DNA of 64,000 bases. It comes from Klebsormidium nitens. Its lineage: Eukaryota; Plantae; Klebsormidiophyceae. The notes under the pieces were generated by a model. That model was not told the origin of the DNA and ran no database searches. It saw nothing but the letters and a program-made list of their open reading frames with translations. The DNA is taken from contig DF237032.1 in the NCBI GenBank assembly GCA_000708835.1, forward strand, positions 1 to 64,000, written 5' to 3'. Both the position numbers and the translations under genes were made by a program. Every line of letters begins with the position of its first letter. Within the stretch, counting starts at the first letter, position 1. Below, piece by piece: positions 11,501 to 23,999 of the stretch.

Positions 11501-13851
11501 AGTGACTCACGGCCTCGGTTCCGGTTTCGATGGAGGGCATCTAACTTTCTGTCGGATCCTTTCCAAGCTGGCAACCGACTCGTTTTGAACACTTTCTTCA
11601 AACGAGATTCCTCTGTGAAAGGAGGATCTCCGTATACCCTGCGACGGGCTTCTCAAGCTTGCTTGCCGTCTGCTCCCCTGCTGAGCTCATCTCGTTCTGT
11701 TGCGTTGCTCCTGTGCGCAGTGTTGCCGTCGCTGGGCATCGCCTCGCTGAGCGCGCGCGAGGCGGAGGGCCGCACGGGCGGCGCGGTGGGCGAGAAGGAG
11801 GTGAACAAGCTGCTGGCGCCTGCGGACAAGGCCTTGGAGAAGCTGGCCACCGAGGCCGCCGAGTTCCAGGTGTCGCTCGACGTCTTTGTCACTGCGCAGG
11901 GCTACTGCGACGTGGCCAGCCTGGCGGTGCTGCCGCGGCTCACGGGGGGCAGCCTGTACACGTACCAGCCGTTCAACGCGGCCGCGGACAGCGCCAAGCT
12001 CTACAACGACCTGCGCTGGAACCTCACGCGCCCGCAGGGGCTGGAGGCGGTCATGCGCGTGCGCTGCTCACAGGTCAGCGCCCGAAAGTCTACCCCCTCA
12101 GCAGTGTGAGAACAGTTTGAGAGGATCCGAGGAGCAACATGCAACTTGCCTAAGTTCAAGCATGAAGGTCAGGATGTTGGCATGTATGGACTCGTAGATT
12201 CCTGGTGATCTCAACCGTTGCCTTGATTGGGTTCCGATCCTCTTGGAAGTGGGAGCAAGGTTTGAGTGGGTGCTGACGCGGGTGTTGTGCGGTGCTGTGG
12301 CGGTGTGCAGGGGCTGCAGGTGGCGGACTACTCGGGGTCGTTCTGCCGGCGCATCCCCACCGACGTGGACCTGCCCGCGGTAGACTGCGACAAGGCGCTC
12401 CTGGTGACGCTGCGGCACGAGGAGAAGCTGCCCGAGACGGCCGAGGCCGCCTTCCAGTGCGCGCTGCTCTACACCACCGTCACCGGCCAGCGCCGCATCC
12501 GCGTGCACACGCTCGCGCTGCCCGTCACGGCCGCGCTCGGGAACCTCTTCCGCGGGGCCGACCTGGACGCGCACTTCGCCTACTTCCTCAAAACAGGTGC
12601 GGACCCCGTTCTCATGGTTGCCCTGTGCCTTTTTGGAAAGAAACAATTCTGGCGATACTCAGACCAGGTCGCGGTACGGCTGCTCAACGCTTCCGACCGC
12701 CCTTCTCGTGGCGGCCTTGCTGATTTCTTTCTGTCGAGCTGCTGTCAGTCAGTCATTCAATTTGGTTCCGGGGCTCGTCCATATCCCCGTTGCTGCATGC
12801 CAGTAATCATGCTAAAGGGTTTAACCCAGAGACGATGACATTTCATCTCGAAGGGGCCAACATGTTGAGGACACTACGAAACGATCCATTGAGTTCCTTT
12901 CTGGGCATGAAGCTGTAGCGCCCCAGGTCGATCTGAAGGGGTGCTGGTTGTGGTGCAGCGGCGGCGGACGTGCCGCGCGTGCCGGTGCCCCAGATTCGCG
13001 ACTCGATCACGGCGCAGACGGTGTCCATCCTGCACGCATACCGCAAGCACTGCGCCACGAGCAGCAGCGCGGGCCAGCTCATCCTGCCCGAGGCGCTCAA
13101 GCTGCTGCCGCTCTACATGCTCGCGCTCGCCAAGAGCCCCGGCCTGCGCACTGACATGCGCCCCGACGACCGCGCCGCGTGGCTCGCCAAGGTCGCCGCC
13201 CTGCCCGTGCCCCTCGCCGTGCCGCTCGTGTACCCGCGCATGTTCGCCGTGCACGAGCTGCCGTCCGACGGCGCTGCCGCGGCCGCGGGCGGCGCGGGGT
13301 TGCCGGCGGTGGTGGGGCTGAGCAGCGAGAAGTTGGAGGCGGAGGGCGTATACCTGCTGGAGAACGGCGAGGACGCGTTCCTGTGGGCGGGCAAGGCCGC
13401 GGCGCCGGACGTGCTGGCCGCGCTGTTTGGCGTGCGCAGCCTGGACCAGGTGGCGCCGGGGCAGCTGCAGCTGGCGCGCCTCGACTCGCCGCTCTCGCAG
13501 CGCCTCAACGACCTGGTCGACGAGATCCGGCGGCAGCGCTGCTCCTACCTGCGCCTGCGCATCCTCAAACGGGGGGACCCCCTGGGTGAGCCACCCGCCC
13601 CACAGCTCGCCTCAGCAATGACGTGCGGCGCAGCACAAATGGGATTGTTGTCGTGTAAGGCTGCTTGCATGAAGTTTGAAGTGCTCGTGCGTGTTGTGTG
13701 CGTTGGTGCGATCTGACGTGGCGGTGTTTGGCGGTGTGGTGCAGAGCCGGCCTTCTTCCAGTGCCTGGTCGAGGACAAGGCGCAGTACGGGCAGTCCTAC
13801 GTGGAGTACCTGATTCACATACACCGGCAAATACAAAACAAGTTCAACTGA
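8506..13851 (+). CDS. SEC24: COPII coat subunit Sec24, plant SEC24B/C (CEF)-like; 7 exons
   Basis: Exons 8506-9396, 10037-10557, 10919-11418, 11721-12073, 12311-12596, 12959-13585, 13745-13851. Motifs NCSPRVMRAT, RCSRCKAYINPF...[45 protein letters not shown]; ends IHRQIQNKFN*. Confidence 0.93.
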
Positions 13852-14049
13852 ATGCACCAAAGTTACACCGCAAATAAGAGCCAGTAAAATCCGTTGAGTT
13901 AGATATACCAGACGTGAGTTGTGCAATGCTCTTTCGAACTGACTGTTCTTAGCTTCCTTACGCGGTTCACATCCAAGCCATGACCGATGCTGCCAGAGGA
14001 TAGGCTGGCTTAGTTAGCCAGTCTGGGTCCGAGTAAATACGACTTACTT

Positions 14050-14700
14050 TCAAGTTTGGTATGACAGAGAAAGGCGGCTTGTCGTTTCCGGGTTCGATAC
14101 GTCCTTGCCGGCCACATCGTACGTCCAGTTGTCATGGTCCAACCTTGCGAATGAGTGGACATGCAGGCTCGTAAATATGCAACTAATATCGATCGGGTCT
14201 ATCACAGTGAAGTTGGGCGGCTCAGCAAGTCGGGTATCCTTAGTACTAATTCGTATGCATGCTCCACTAATATTGCATATCAAGCTAAGTTGCATGACAT
14301 GCCAGCATGAGGTGATCATACATACTAACGTGCGTGCATGATATATCATTGGACACTCAATGTGCGCATGGTCACTGTCCATATGCACGTGTCCGACATG
14401 GTATTCGATTTATCTAGAGCTAGAACGTCCACACTTGCCATGGCACATATATGCACCGGCTATAGTCAAACGTATCATGAATATAGATTCGAACAAATAT
14501 AGTATGCCTGATCGTCTATATTAGCTATTCATGCAGTAGAAGCTATAAGTATAGATGTGCAATAACTTAGTGCCGCGCCGCCGCACATGCTCAATATGAT
14601 TGAATACATAGACGGTTCCTTTATAATCATAACTTTGCCTACCATATGTGCAAGATATGTGGCCGAACACCCGGCGTACACATGATGACCTAACAAGCAA
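14050..14700. other. Palindromic-tetramer-rich intergenic tract (between convergent SEC24 and RPL5)
   Basis: Dense CATG/TGCA/ATAT/GATC/CTAG, e.g. 14281-14420. No recognisable coding similarity. Confidence 0.55.
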
Positions 14701-15180
14701 CTGGGTCCGACCGGACCGCGAGTCCAAGTTGGCGGCAGCCTCAAAGCAGTGTATGGCCTGCACGCACTAGCCCCTGCTGTGCCGCGGGAGAAGCTGACCA
14801 GGGTCCAACGGACTTGAGCGCTGCGCACGCAGCTTATCATGATTAAAGAAGAGTCCGATCTCATTAACGAGTCCACATAATCGACGCCAAGGCCAGCCGC
14901 AGAGACCGTCTTCCATGAAGGGATGAAGGGGGTCACGCCTGGCGGCAAGGGGAACATCGAAGGCGCTGGTGGTTGACGTAAGATGCAGCCAAATAAGTCA
15001 ACGCAGGCTGCCCAGATGTTGTTCTCGTTCACTTTACAATACCTCATTCGTATATGTTTTACGAACTCTGACAAGGGCAGTGGAATCCAACAATACGATT
15101 GGACTGATGTCGGGAAACCCATTCCCAACTGCCAATGCGCGTCTTAGCACCCCACTCGATGGCCCTGCCGCAGCCTGTGT

Positions 15181-16947
15181 CTACTTGCCCTTTGTTCCTT
15201 GAAAGGGCATGCCGAGCGCGGTGAGCAGCTGCAGGCCCTCGTCGTTGTCGCGCGCGGAAGTGACAAAGGAGACGTCCATGCCGCGCACCTTTTGCACCTG
15301 GTCGTAGTCAATCTCAGGGAACATGAGCTGCTCCTGCAGGCCCAGGTGGAAGTTGCCCTTCCCGTCAAAGCTGCTGGGCTTGAGCCCCTGGAAATCGCGA
15401 ATACGCGGCAGCGCCAGGTTGATCAACCGGTCCAAAAACGCAAACATCGCCTCCCCCCGCAGCGTCACGCACACCCCCACCGGCACATCCTTGCGGATCT
15501 GGAACCCGGCAATGGCCTTCTTGGACCGTGTGACAACCGCCTTCTGGCCCGCAATAGTGGACAGGTCCTGCAGCGTGGACGCCAGCGACTTGGCGTCATC
15601 ACTGGCCTCCCCAAGGCCGCAGTTGATTACGATCTTCTGCAGCCGCGGCACGCGGTTCAGATTGGAGAAGCCCTCGGGGCCGTGTAGCCGCTGCAGCACT
15701 TTCTCTGTGTACAACTTCTTCAGCCGCGTGCTCGTCGCAGCCTCCGCCTCCGCCTCTGCCTCTGCGACGGCCGCCTGCGCAAGGACAGGCCAGGATTGCA
15801 AGGTGGGGGCAATGCGTGATTGCGTCTGCAGTAGCCAGCAATCGAGCTGAGGGGCCCGCAACACAACCACCGGGCCCCCAAGCTGCCGACGCCTGACCGT
15901 GATGGTAAAGTTCCTACGGCTCCTGAAAACGGGCTAGGAAAGGGGTCTCCCCCAACATTTGCACGTAGCTTCAACGCTGGGCCGGGCAGTGACGATTTGA
16001 AACGGCAGCCCAACCGTAGCATGGCTACGCTCGACCAGACTCCCGACTCATCAAGAGTCGCGCAGCTTTCCTACGCGCGTTCAAACTTCTGTGCTGTGGG
16101 TACTCGATTGCTGGCGTCGCTCACCTGAACCCTGAAGGAGCCCAACCGCCGGGCTTCCAGCTGTGAGCTTTGGGGCAGAGCAGGGCCTGCAACAGAATTA
16201 CAACCCGCCGGCACGCATCAGCAAGACAACCGTAATGGCAAAACGACTCATCAGGGGCAAACAAGGTGCATACTGGACGCTCAGATGCATAGGAGACAAC
16301 TTCTCCCAACGTGAGTAGCCCTGCAGGGGGGTGCCCACAATTTGTCTCGCTACATGTGCTGGCATATTAGGGTTGCCCAATGCGGAGGCTGTAAGCATTG
16401 GACAGCCAGGCTGTGCTACTCGCAGGCTCCGGGAATTGCAATGAACCTGTGCCCACATTCGCTGCCAGCTTGACAGACGGAGGGTCAAAGGAACTGGCCC
16501 GAGTAGGTGTCAGCGGCCCTACTCCCATCACCTCATCGACCTTGCACTCTGGAGAAGCAAACCCAGTCCAATGCACCGAGTGGCTCTTCAAGGAATGGCA
16601 AGACACCGAGCGCAAGCATAAAATCCCCAGCTGCCTCGCCTGCAGCAGGCTCCCTGTGGCAACGGTGTGCTTCTTCAAATCCTAGTTCGAAGTACTGTAC
16701 ATGATCATAACGCCATATAGAATGCCAAGAGAGACAACTGTTTGACCCTCTGCCAAGAGCAAGGGCAAAGAGAAATGTGTGTCTCACCTGAGATGGCTGA
16801 AGAGGAGGATCGAAGAGTCAGTGTGCTCAGGAAGCTTGACCGCACTGCACAGTTTCCTGGCGCTCCTGCTGTCGCTTCTCTGGGGCCTGTCACCTTTTGA
16901 AGCAGGCCGTAGCTCATGCCCCGGACACACTCCATGGCATGAGCCAT
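15181..16947 (-). CDS. RPL5: Nuclear-encoded plastid 50S ribosomal protein L5 (uL5c) with transit peptide; 3 exons
   Basis: Exons 16788-16947 (phase 1), 16125-16186 and 15181-15774. Mature part is cyanobacterial/plastid-type L5: VPRLQKIVINCGLGEA, GQKAVVTRSKKAIAGFQIR, FLDRLINLALPRIRDFQG, FDGKGNFHLG, FPEIDYD, RGMDV. Confidence 0.92.
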
Positions 16948-18133
16948 GCTGCCACACCTACCAACAATGCAAGCCCTCGAAAGAGGCCAAGAGCGCCAAC
17001 TCCTCCACCCCTTGCCTATGCCAATGCACGTACCTACGACGCTACGTCGCCTCTGATCAGGATATGCAAGCCTTGTGGCGACGGCCTCGGCTCATGCAAG
17101 GAACAAGTGGTAATGGTTCCAATTCCCTCATCTCATGGCGTAAGTTTCATTTGACGAGACTCTTTACTTGGCAAAAGAACCAATTATTACTCGGTACAGT
17201 TGGATAAAACTTTTATACTTGTTGACGAGGACTACCCGGCTCAGTCCGCGTGATATTCCGCGGAATTCCGAAACCGGAAGCAGGACGGAAACCCGGAAGA
17301 GGAAACGCTCAATGCAAGGATTCGGTATGCTCAAGCATGGAAGCTTCGCAGATTTTCAAGCTCTGTGATGATACATTGCACGTTCACGGCGTCATGCTGA
17401 CGGGTCGCCGAAACAATGCTTTGTATGATACCATAAGCGCTGAGGAACGGTGCATCATTGCACTAAGCCCGCCTGCCCTCTTTTAGCGTGGTGTACTCTC
17501 TCTCTCTACCCGATAAGGTAGGTTCGCCGCAGCTCGCACAACGTGCTACATAGTGCCATGCATGGTTCTTGAAATTCACAGATGCGTTCACATCAGTTCA
17601 AGTTTATGCGACAGGTCTGCTTAAGAGCATTCATACGAGGATGTATGATAAATCGCGTGATGCCATGGGCGGCCTCAATTGAATTACCAAACATTCGGGT
17701 CGAACGGTCAGAATGGATTTGGCTCGCAAGCTAACAATCAGATCACTAGCATTAATGAAAACCTGGCAAGCATGCCAGTGAGAAACGCAAGCATGCGGAT
17801 AACACCTTTATACATCAGGTGCCGATGAGTGGATGCATCTCTGCTTCAAGGATCATCTGAAAGGGATTATGTGACTTGAAAATGCAACCGAGCAGAATGT
17901 CTACTTGTACTGCCAGGCACCAACACCCCCACTGACATCGTCCATTGTACACGCGAGCTGCCCATTGCCCTGGCGGAGGGATTATGTTGTGGCTGAAGCT
18001 ACTTTGAAGACCATGTCCCCAATTGAAGTGAAGTAGCCAGAAACGACCCACTTGGAACCCCTTGCGCCCAACTTGGGGCTGCCGTCCAGGTAAAATAGCG
18101 AAGGTACAATTGCGTGCTAACCCTGGACGTCCC

Positions 18134-21100
18134 TTACAAAAGGAAGTCTTGAATTTTGTTCCTGGAGCAGGATCGAGAGGAGAGTGTCAATGCTTCATGT
18201 ATGTGCAACTCGATGAAAGTTGAAGCTTGACGAGATTGATGAATCCACCCTGAATCTTTTCAGCACTTAAGCCCGGAACTCAATAAGAGTGGCGCTTGTG
18301 AACATGGCACTCGAAAAGTCGTACTTAGCAACTAGAATACATTGGCGGTTCGGGGGGATCGACCTGAGTCCCCAGCCCCGACTTCGATGGTTGTTTTCCT
18401 CACCTCATGCGGTCTCTCCTTGCCTCCTCCGCCGCTCTCCCCCCTGCTCGGTCGAGCCACGGCAAGTCGTGCAGCCACGCCGGGTTGGCCGTTCCCCCCG
18501 TTCCTCCGAGCACCTGCTCCCGACAGCTGCGACAGCACGCCACGCCGCCCGGCCTCGCCTCCGACTGCGGGCCTGGCGGCACAACCCCTCGTCCCGCGCC
18601 ACTGCTGCCTCGGGAGTCTCCGTTGGAGGCCTCGTGTCCTACGGACGCAACTTCTACCCCTCGCCCGTCGCTCTCTCCGCCCGTGCTCCCTACCTCCGCC
18701 CCATTCTCCCGCAGCTGGTCCCCTGCCGGCGCCGCCGCTCCCCTCCGCTCCTCGGCCTGCTCTGCCCGCGCTTGTTCCGCAGTGTCGCGCCCCTCGTTCC
18801 CACCATCTCCCGCATCAGCCCCTAACCGCTGGCCTGGCTCGCTCTCGGGCCCCCTGGCTCCTCTTTCTCCCGCCCCCCCGTCCTGCACTTCTGCACTGGT
18901 CAGGGGTGCACGGCACAAGGCGCACAGGTTGACCCCATCCGCTGGCTCGGCCGCTGCCTCGGTGCCTTGAGCGGGCTGCAGGCGTGCACGGTGGCCGGGG
19001 GGCAGGGCAGGGAAGGCGTTGAACGGGAAGGGCTGCAGCTTGCCCGCGGTGCGCAGAATGGTGAGGGTGCGCCCGGGGAGGTCGTCCTGGGAGCACACAT
19101 CAAGCAGGCCCACGTCAGCAACGTTTCCGGGAGCAGCCGTCCCAGTTGGTGAGCAGTGCCGGCTTACTGCCTTAGGCACAGTACAACACTGCACGGCACG
19201 GAACAGTGTGCACAGGGCTACGAGAGAGGGCAGGGGGTGCGCAAAAATGCTACGCACAGGGAGTCGGCAGTGGGCCAGAATACGCGCACGGGAGCTGACC
19301 TCAATGAGGGTGAGGAAGTCTTGGGTGAGGCGGTTGAGGGACGGCCGCGCCGTAGGCCCTGCGTCCAGGCTGGGCACAAACGTAGTGGGCCACCTGCAGC
19401 CAAGGGCGCCTACATTAGCGCGGGGACGAGACGAGACTCGTCGGCAGTGGGTCAACCCGTGATATATGTGCCTGGCACGCTCCCTTTCTCTCATCTCATC
19501 GAGATGGGCGCTGCCCCTCCAACAGACGGAAGTCGCACAGCTCGCCGATGCTGCCACGTGGCACTTACCGGTTGAGCGTGCACAGCGTGGCCAGCTCCTT
19601 GATGACGCAGTCGCGGAGGGGGGCGATGACGGGCACCGTGCGGCGGCGGTCCACGGCCTGCAGGTCCGCGGGCAGGGAGAAGCCACGCCCCTGCGAGGTA
19701 AGGCGAAGGATGCGCAAGTGAGCTGACGCCGCCCTTCGGGAACCTGGGCTGCAAACAGCTGGCCTGCTTGAACGGCCCCGGTGCATATTCGTCCCATACG
19801 GGGCGCCAGCTTACAGGCCCAATGAACAACTTCAATACATACACTTCGCTCCTCCGGCTCAAGATACAGCGCCACATTAGCCTTGCTTGCTTCCACATTT
19901 CGGCGCCTCCCAGCAGGTCACGTCACTGTGTGGGCTGCTCGTGCTGCCCCCCTGCTTGCGCGTCCTCACCTTGACCGTCCCAGTCAGCACTTCCGCCGCC
20001 AGCCGGCTCGCACACACCCCTGTGGCAATCTTCGTGTATCCATGCTCCACCGCCACCTGCCACACCCACGCAAAAACTTCGTCAGGCAAGTGAGAAGGCA
20101 AACATATGGAACGGCGTCATCTCTTGATATAAGAAGCAGATGGTCGACTACTCTGTACAAGGTGGGAAACTGCTCCCCATGCCCAGAAGGACAGCTGTCC
20201 CAGTGGCCCGCATTCCTCACCTGCTGCAGCGCCTCTGTGCGCAGCATCTCCACCAGGTCCTCTTGCGCCGTTGCATCGGCTACGCGCGCCACCATTGCCC
20301 GCAGCCGCTCCCACGCCCCTGCCAATCCATCCGTATGGGGGACGCTGTAACCCGGCCTCCCTTCCTCCAACTGATCCCCTGAATCGTTTCGTACCACCCC
20401 CTTTGTCGCACTGTCCTGGCTGCCCCGTGGCATCGTGCCTTCTGGAGCAGCCTGATGTGCCTGGCTCCTCCCTTTCAAGAACAGCTCCTCCAGCCTGACA
20501 ACGTGCACGCGACAGCCCCTCTTCTCAAAAGGGGCTGCCAGCTTGCGTATCCGCTCAACGTCTGCATCCCCATCGTAGTGTGGGCGGGACAGGACGGCCG
20601 CCTCGCTGACAAAGACAAGCCCCAGACGGAAGACGGTCTTGCCGCGGTCGGCGGCAGCGGCCAGGGGGGTAGTGGCGTGCGACTGCAGCTCACTAAGAAA
20701 GTGCAGCAACACCCTGCATAGTAAAGCGCACAGGCTGGGGGCTGGGCGGGGGGAATTGGCAGAGGGGATTCGCCCGGGGGCAAGCTTCTCTGTGAGCTGG
20801 CATTGGCTACAGACACCAACTATGGCAAACAAAAAAGGGCCGCTCTAGGCCTTGTAGGCACGCACAAAAGTTCTGAGAGACATGGCGGTCATGGAGCCGG
20901 GGTGAAGGAAGTTCTCTCATTGAGAGGCTCAAGGCCTTGCAAACAGTTTGAATACAATTGGTTCGCAAGCTCAGGCAAACATTCAGCTGGGCGCCCTTAC
21001 GTGGACGAGTGCCCCCCTGAGAAGGCAAGCAGGACGGCATCGTGCGCCTGGACGAGCGCGTGCTTGTTGATCGCCGTCTTGACCTTGTACAGCAGGCTGG

Positions 21101-21617
21101 CCCGCAGGCACGCCCCACAGTACGGCTCGCGCTGATTGGCAATAACCTCAGCAGGGGCTGCACGGCACTTGACGCACAGTGGCGCTGCCGGGGCGCCCTC
21201 CCTGGCAGCGGTCTCGCCACTACCACCACCACCGCCATCGGACGTGTCTCCAGTGACCCTCACAGATGCCCCGTTTGCTGACATCCCCCTTGCTTCTTCG
21301 CCGTGCCGGTCGCATGCCGAGGAGCAAGATGCTGGCGTGCCACCACATAAACCGTTGACCCCAGGCGCCTGTGCCATTCCCCTGTCCTCATGCTGCTTGT
21401 TTGAGCCTGCACAGTCACCTGAGCTACACCCCATGCCATCACAACGTGGCCGTGCACTATGGGGGCCATTGCACAAGCTATGCCCATTTTCCGGTCTGAA
21501 AGGACGAGTTGAAACCTGGGAAAAGTTTTCATCCTCTCCATTCTGAGCGGCATCGTCGGTGGCATTGCTCTCAAACCCTAATTCCTCCATGTCGCTGACA
21601 TCGCAGCCTCCGCTCAT
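18134..21617 (-). CDS. CTU2: Cytoplasmic tRNA 2-thiolation protein 2; 7 exons
   Basis: Exons 21001-21617, 20221-20713, 19970-20056, 19569-19690, 19300-19393, 18404-19086, 18134-18161. Motifs CVKC, LLAFSGGHSS, GYTKIATGVCASRLA, GRGFSLPAD, PLRDCVIKEL, TILRTAGKL, CALC, CCRSC; ends KIQDFLL*. Confidence 0.88.
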
Positions 21618-22220
21618 GGCTGCTTCTACAGTTCTTCCTTCGAAGATGTTGTGGGTCCCAGAGCTGATGGCGGTGACCTGGTGGATACGCTGTGATGGCC
21701 CCTGCCAACCAGGGCCTGGCGTCTTTCACTGTCTAAGAAAGCAGCCAACACGCAAGCTGGAGCCAACGTGTAATTTGTAAATGTGGTTCCCCTGATACCC
21801 CTGAGTTCAAACGTTATCACAAATCCCTTCCTCAGTTGATCAAAATAGCTCAACCGACATGGAGATAAGCGGACAATGTATTGGGGCGCTATATTCACAG
21901 GACCTATGGCCAGTCGCCCGGTAAGGGTATATTCAGGCCTAATTGTAAATAATGCGGTTCTGATTGTGTGCCCGGCGGTTGCGAATCGAATCTGTATATT
22001 CTGCCGGACAATGGGGGCGCCAATTGTGTGATACATTGGCTCAACAATGCTGGACGGATTTACAGGTCGCCTTCAACCATTACCACGTCAAGAAAGACAG
22101 CTTGAAGTTGCAGAAGTTGCGTGGGCAGACGTTTCGTTGGGGCGCATTGGTAGGAATAATCTGTGTCGAAGGGGAAGAAGAACGGAGCAAGTATTCTGGG
22201 GAATCTCACGTGTTCTAGCA

Positions 22221-23792
22221 ATGGCGTCTGCAATGGGGTGTGTGCGGGGCATGAGCTTTGGGGTGCTGCAAAGAATGGCTTCTCCTATGAGGGCCCCTGT
22301 TATGAGCAGCGGGCTCCGCTCCAGCTTCCTTAGTGCCGCCCCTGTCCGCTCCTTCTCTTCTGCCATGGCAGGTGAGGCAATACATTGCTCGATCAGGGGG
22401 TGATAATCAGCGCTGGGCAGATTGTAATGTACACATTGACTGTGCTGTAATGCATCTTGCTCACGGAAGGCTGGTGTGATTGCGAGGGGTTGGAGTCACC
22501 ATTGCCAGCTTGAGGCCTATCATGAGCAGGCCACCTGCCAACTCCTTAAGTCTGGCAATGGAGGATGAGGGGCGCCTTTGTGATGTTTTACAGAGTGTCA
22601 GACAGCGGTATGACAGCGGCGTAGCAGCTTGTTGCAGGAAGAAATGTCTTCTCTCCAGCTTGAGTCTGTTAGAAAACATTCATGCTGATAGCAGAGCATC
22701 CATGCTGAGGTATCAGTCCCCATCTGCAATGTGATTTTGTGACTATCTGCAATATGACTTTGACTGACAGGCATTCGGTATGCTTCAGACTGGGTCTCCT
22801 GTCTCATATGGAAGTTTCCTCTGTCCGCTCTGCTAGACACGAGACCAGACTTTTGGAGTGTGCTTGATACGCCCGTGTCTTGAAAGCATTTCTTAAGAAG
22901 CGTGTTCTGGACCTGGTGCTTTGAGTCTTGGTGGCACACCCTGAAAAGTTGGGACTGTTTCACCTGACTGAAAGGACTCTTTCAACAGTGGATCACGGAT
23001 TTCCGCTCGGAACGGGTGTCTCAGATTCTGTTGGCTCAAGAAGCTCACGGCTGTGGTTCCAGCCGAAATGCTTGGCTGGCATTGAGGTACAGATGAGGCG
23101 ATCTTAAGAAGCCAGATTGGCCCAGCTTCTTCAAAGCCCCCAATCAATCACGCAAGTTTTACCGCGTGCGGTTTGCAACACATCATACTGCCGGTACATA
23201 AAGACAAACTCCACACTGCGCCGAAGGTTTTGTCTGAAGGTGCTAAAAACTCGGTTTTATGCTCCACCGGGATCAAGAGACTGGCTGCTAGCTTTGTGTG
23301 TGGAGCAGGTTTCACTGGTGCTAGAAATCTTGGATGAAGGGCTTGCCGACTATAACAGTTAATTGTGATAAAGTTTTTGAGGTGCAGACCAACTTTACTA
23401 TCGGAGTTGTTGCACCTCAGATTCCCCTGCAACCAGTACAATTTTCTGGTTGCGACGAACATACTCAACATAGTCGAGTCTATGAAGATGCTCCACCTGT
23501 TGCATAGCTCACCAACTTGTTTGATCGTCTTGCAGGCACCCCTCTCCAGCCCGGCTGCAGCCGGCTCCAATTCCTGGTGCGGCGGCCACTCACCATTGAG
23601 TGCAACAGAAAAGCTGGGCAGGGTGCCATGAAGCGGTCGCGCTCTCGCAAGTCTCGGGCGGCAGTTCACGGTTTCCGGGCACGGATGGCCACTCCTACCG
23701 GGAGGAGGGTCCTGCAGCGGCGTCGCGCGAGGGGTCGGGCGGACTTGTGCCCCGGCGGCAACCCGAAGGTGGCTGGAAAGAGGAAGTCGTAA
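22221..23792 (+). CDS. RPL34: Nuclear-encoded plastid 50S ribosomal protein L34 (bL34c) with transit peptide; 2 exons
   Basis: Exons 22221-22371 (phase 1) and 23536-23792. Mature part [42 protein letters not shown] matches plant plastid L34. Confidence 0.9.
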
Positions 23793-23999
23793 TTGAATAG
23801 CCGGAAGGTTAGGTAAGAAGGTACTGGACAATAGAAGAACCAAGGTCCTGCACGTGTTGTACGAAAGGCAAGAATTATTCGATTGGGGCACTTTGGATTG
23901 CCATTGATGGTTACTTGCTTGCACGAGCGTTCACTTACTTGTAAGTAACGCACCTTTGTCAAGGAAGATTTCCGTTTGTCTTTCACTTTATGCAGCATT

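Noticed and set aside
14529-15128. 199-aa ORF downstream of RPL5, and similar ORFs at 30591-30992 and 39578-39935, as transposon relics
   Set aside because: No RT, integrase or transposase motif could be recognised with confidence; they lie in UTR or intergenic tracts.
22372-23535. Possible intronic snoRNA in the long RPL34 intron
   Set aside because: No convincing C/D or H/ACA box pair with a terminal stem was found by eye.
15181-23792. Bacterial-like L5 and L34 as contamination or bacterial horizontal transfer
   Set aside because: Both have spliceosomal introns, transit peptides and host-like codon use; endosymbiotic origin explains them.
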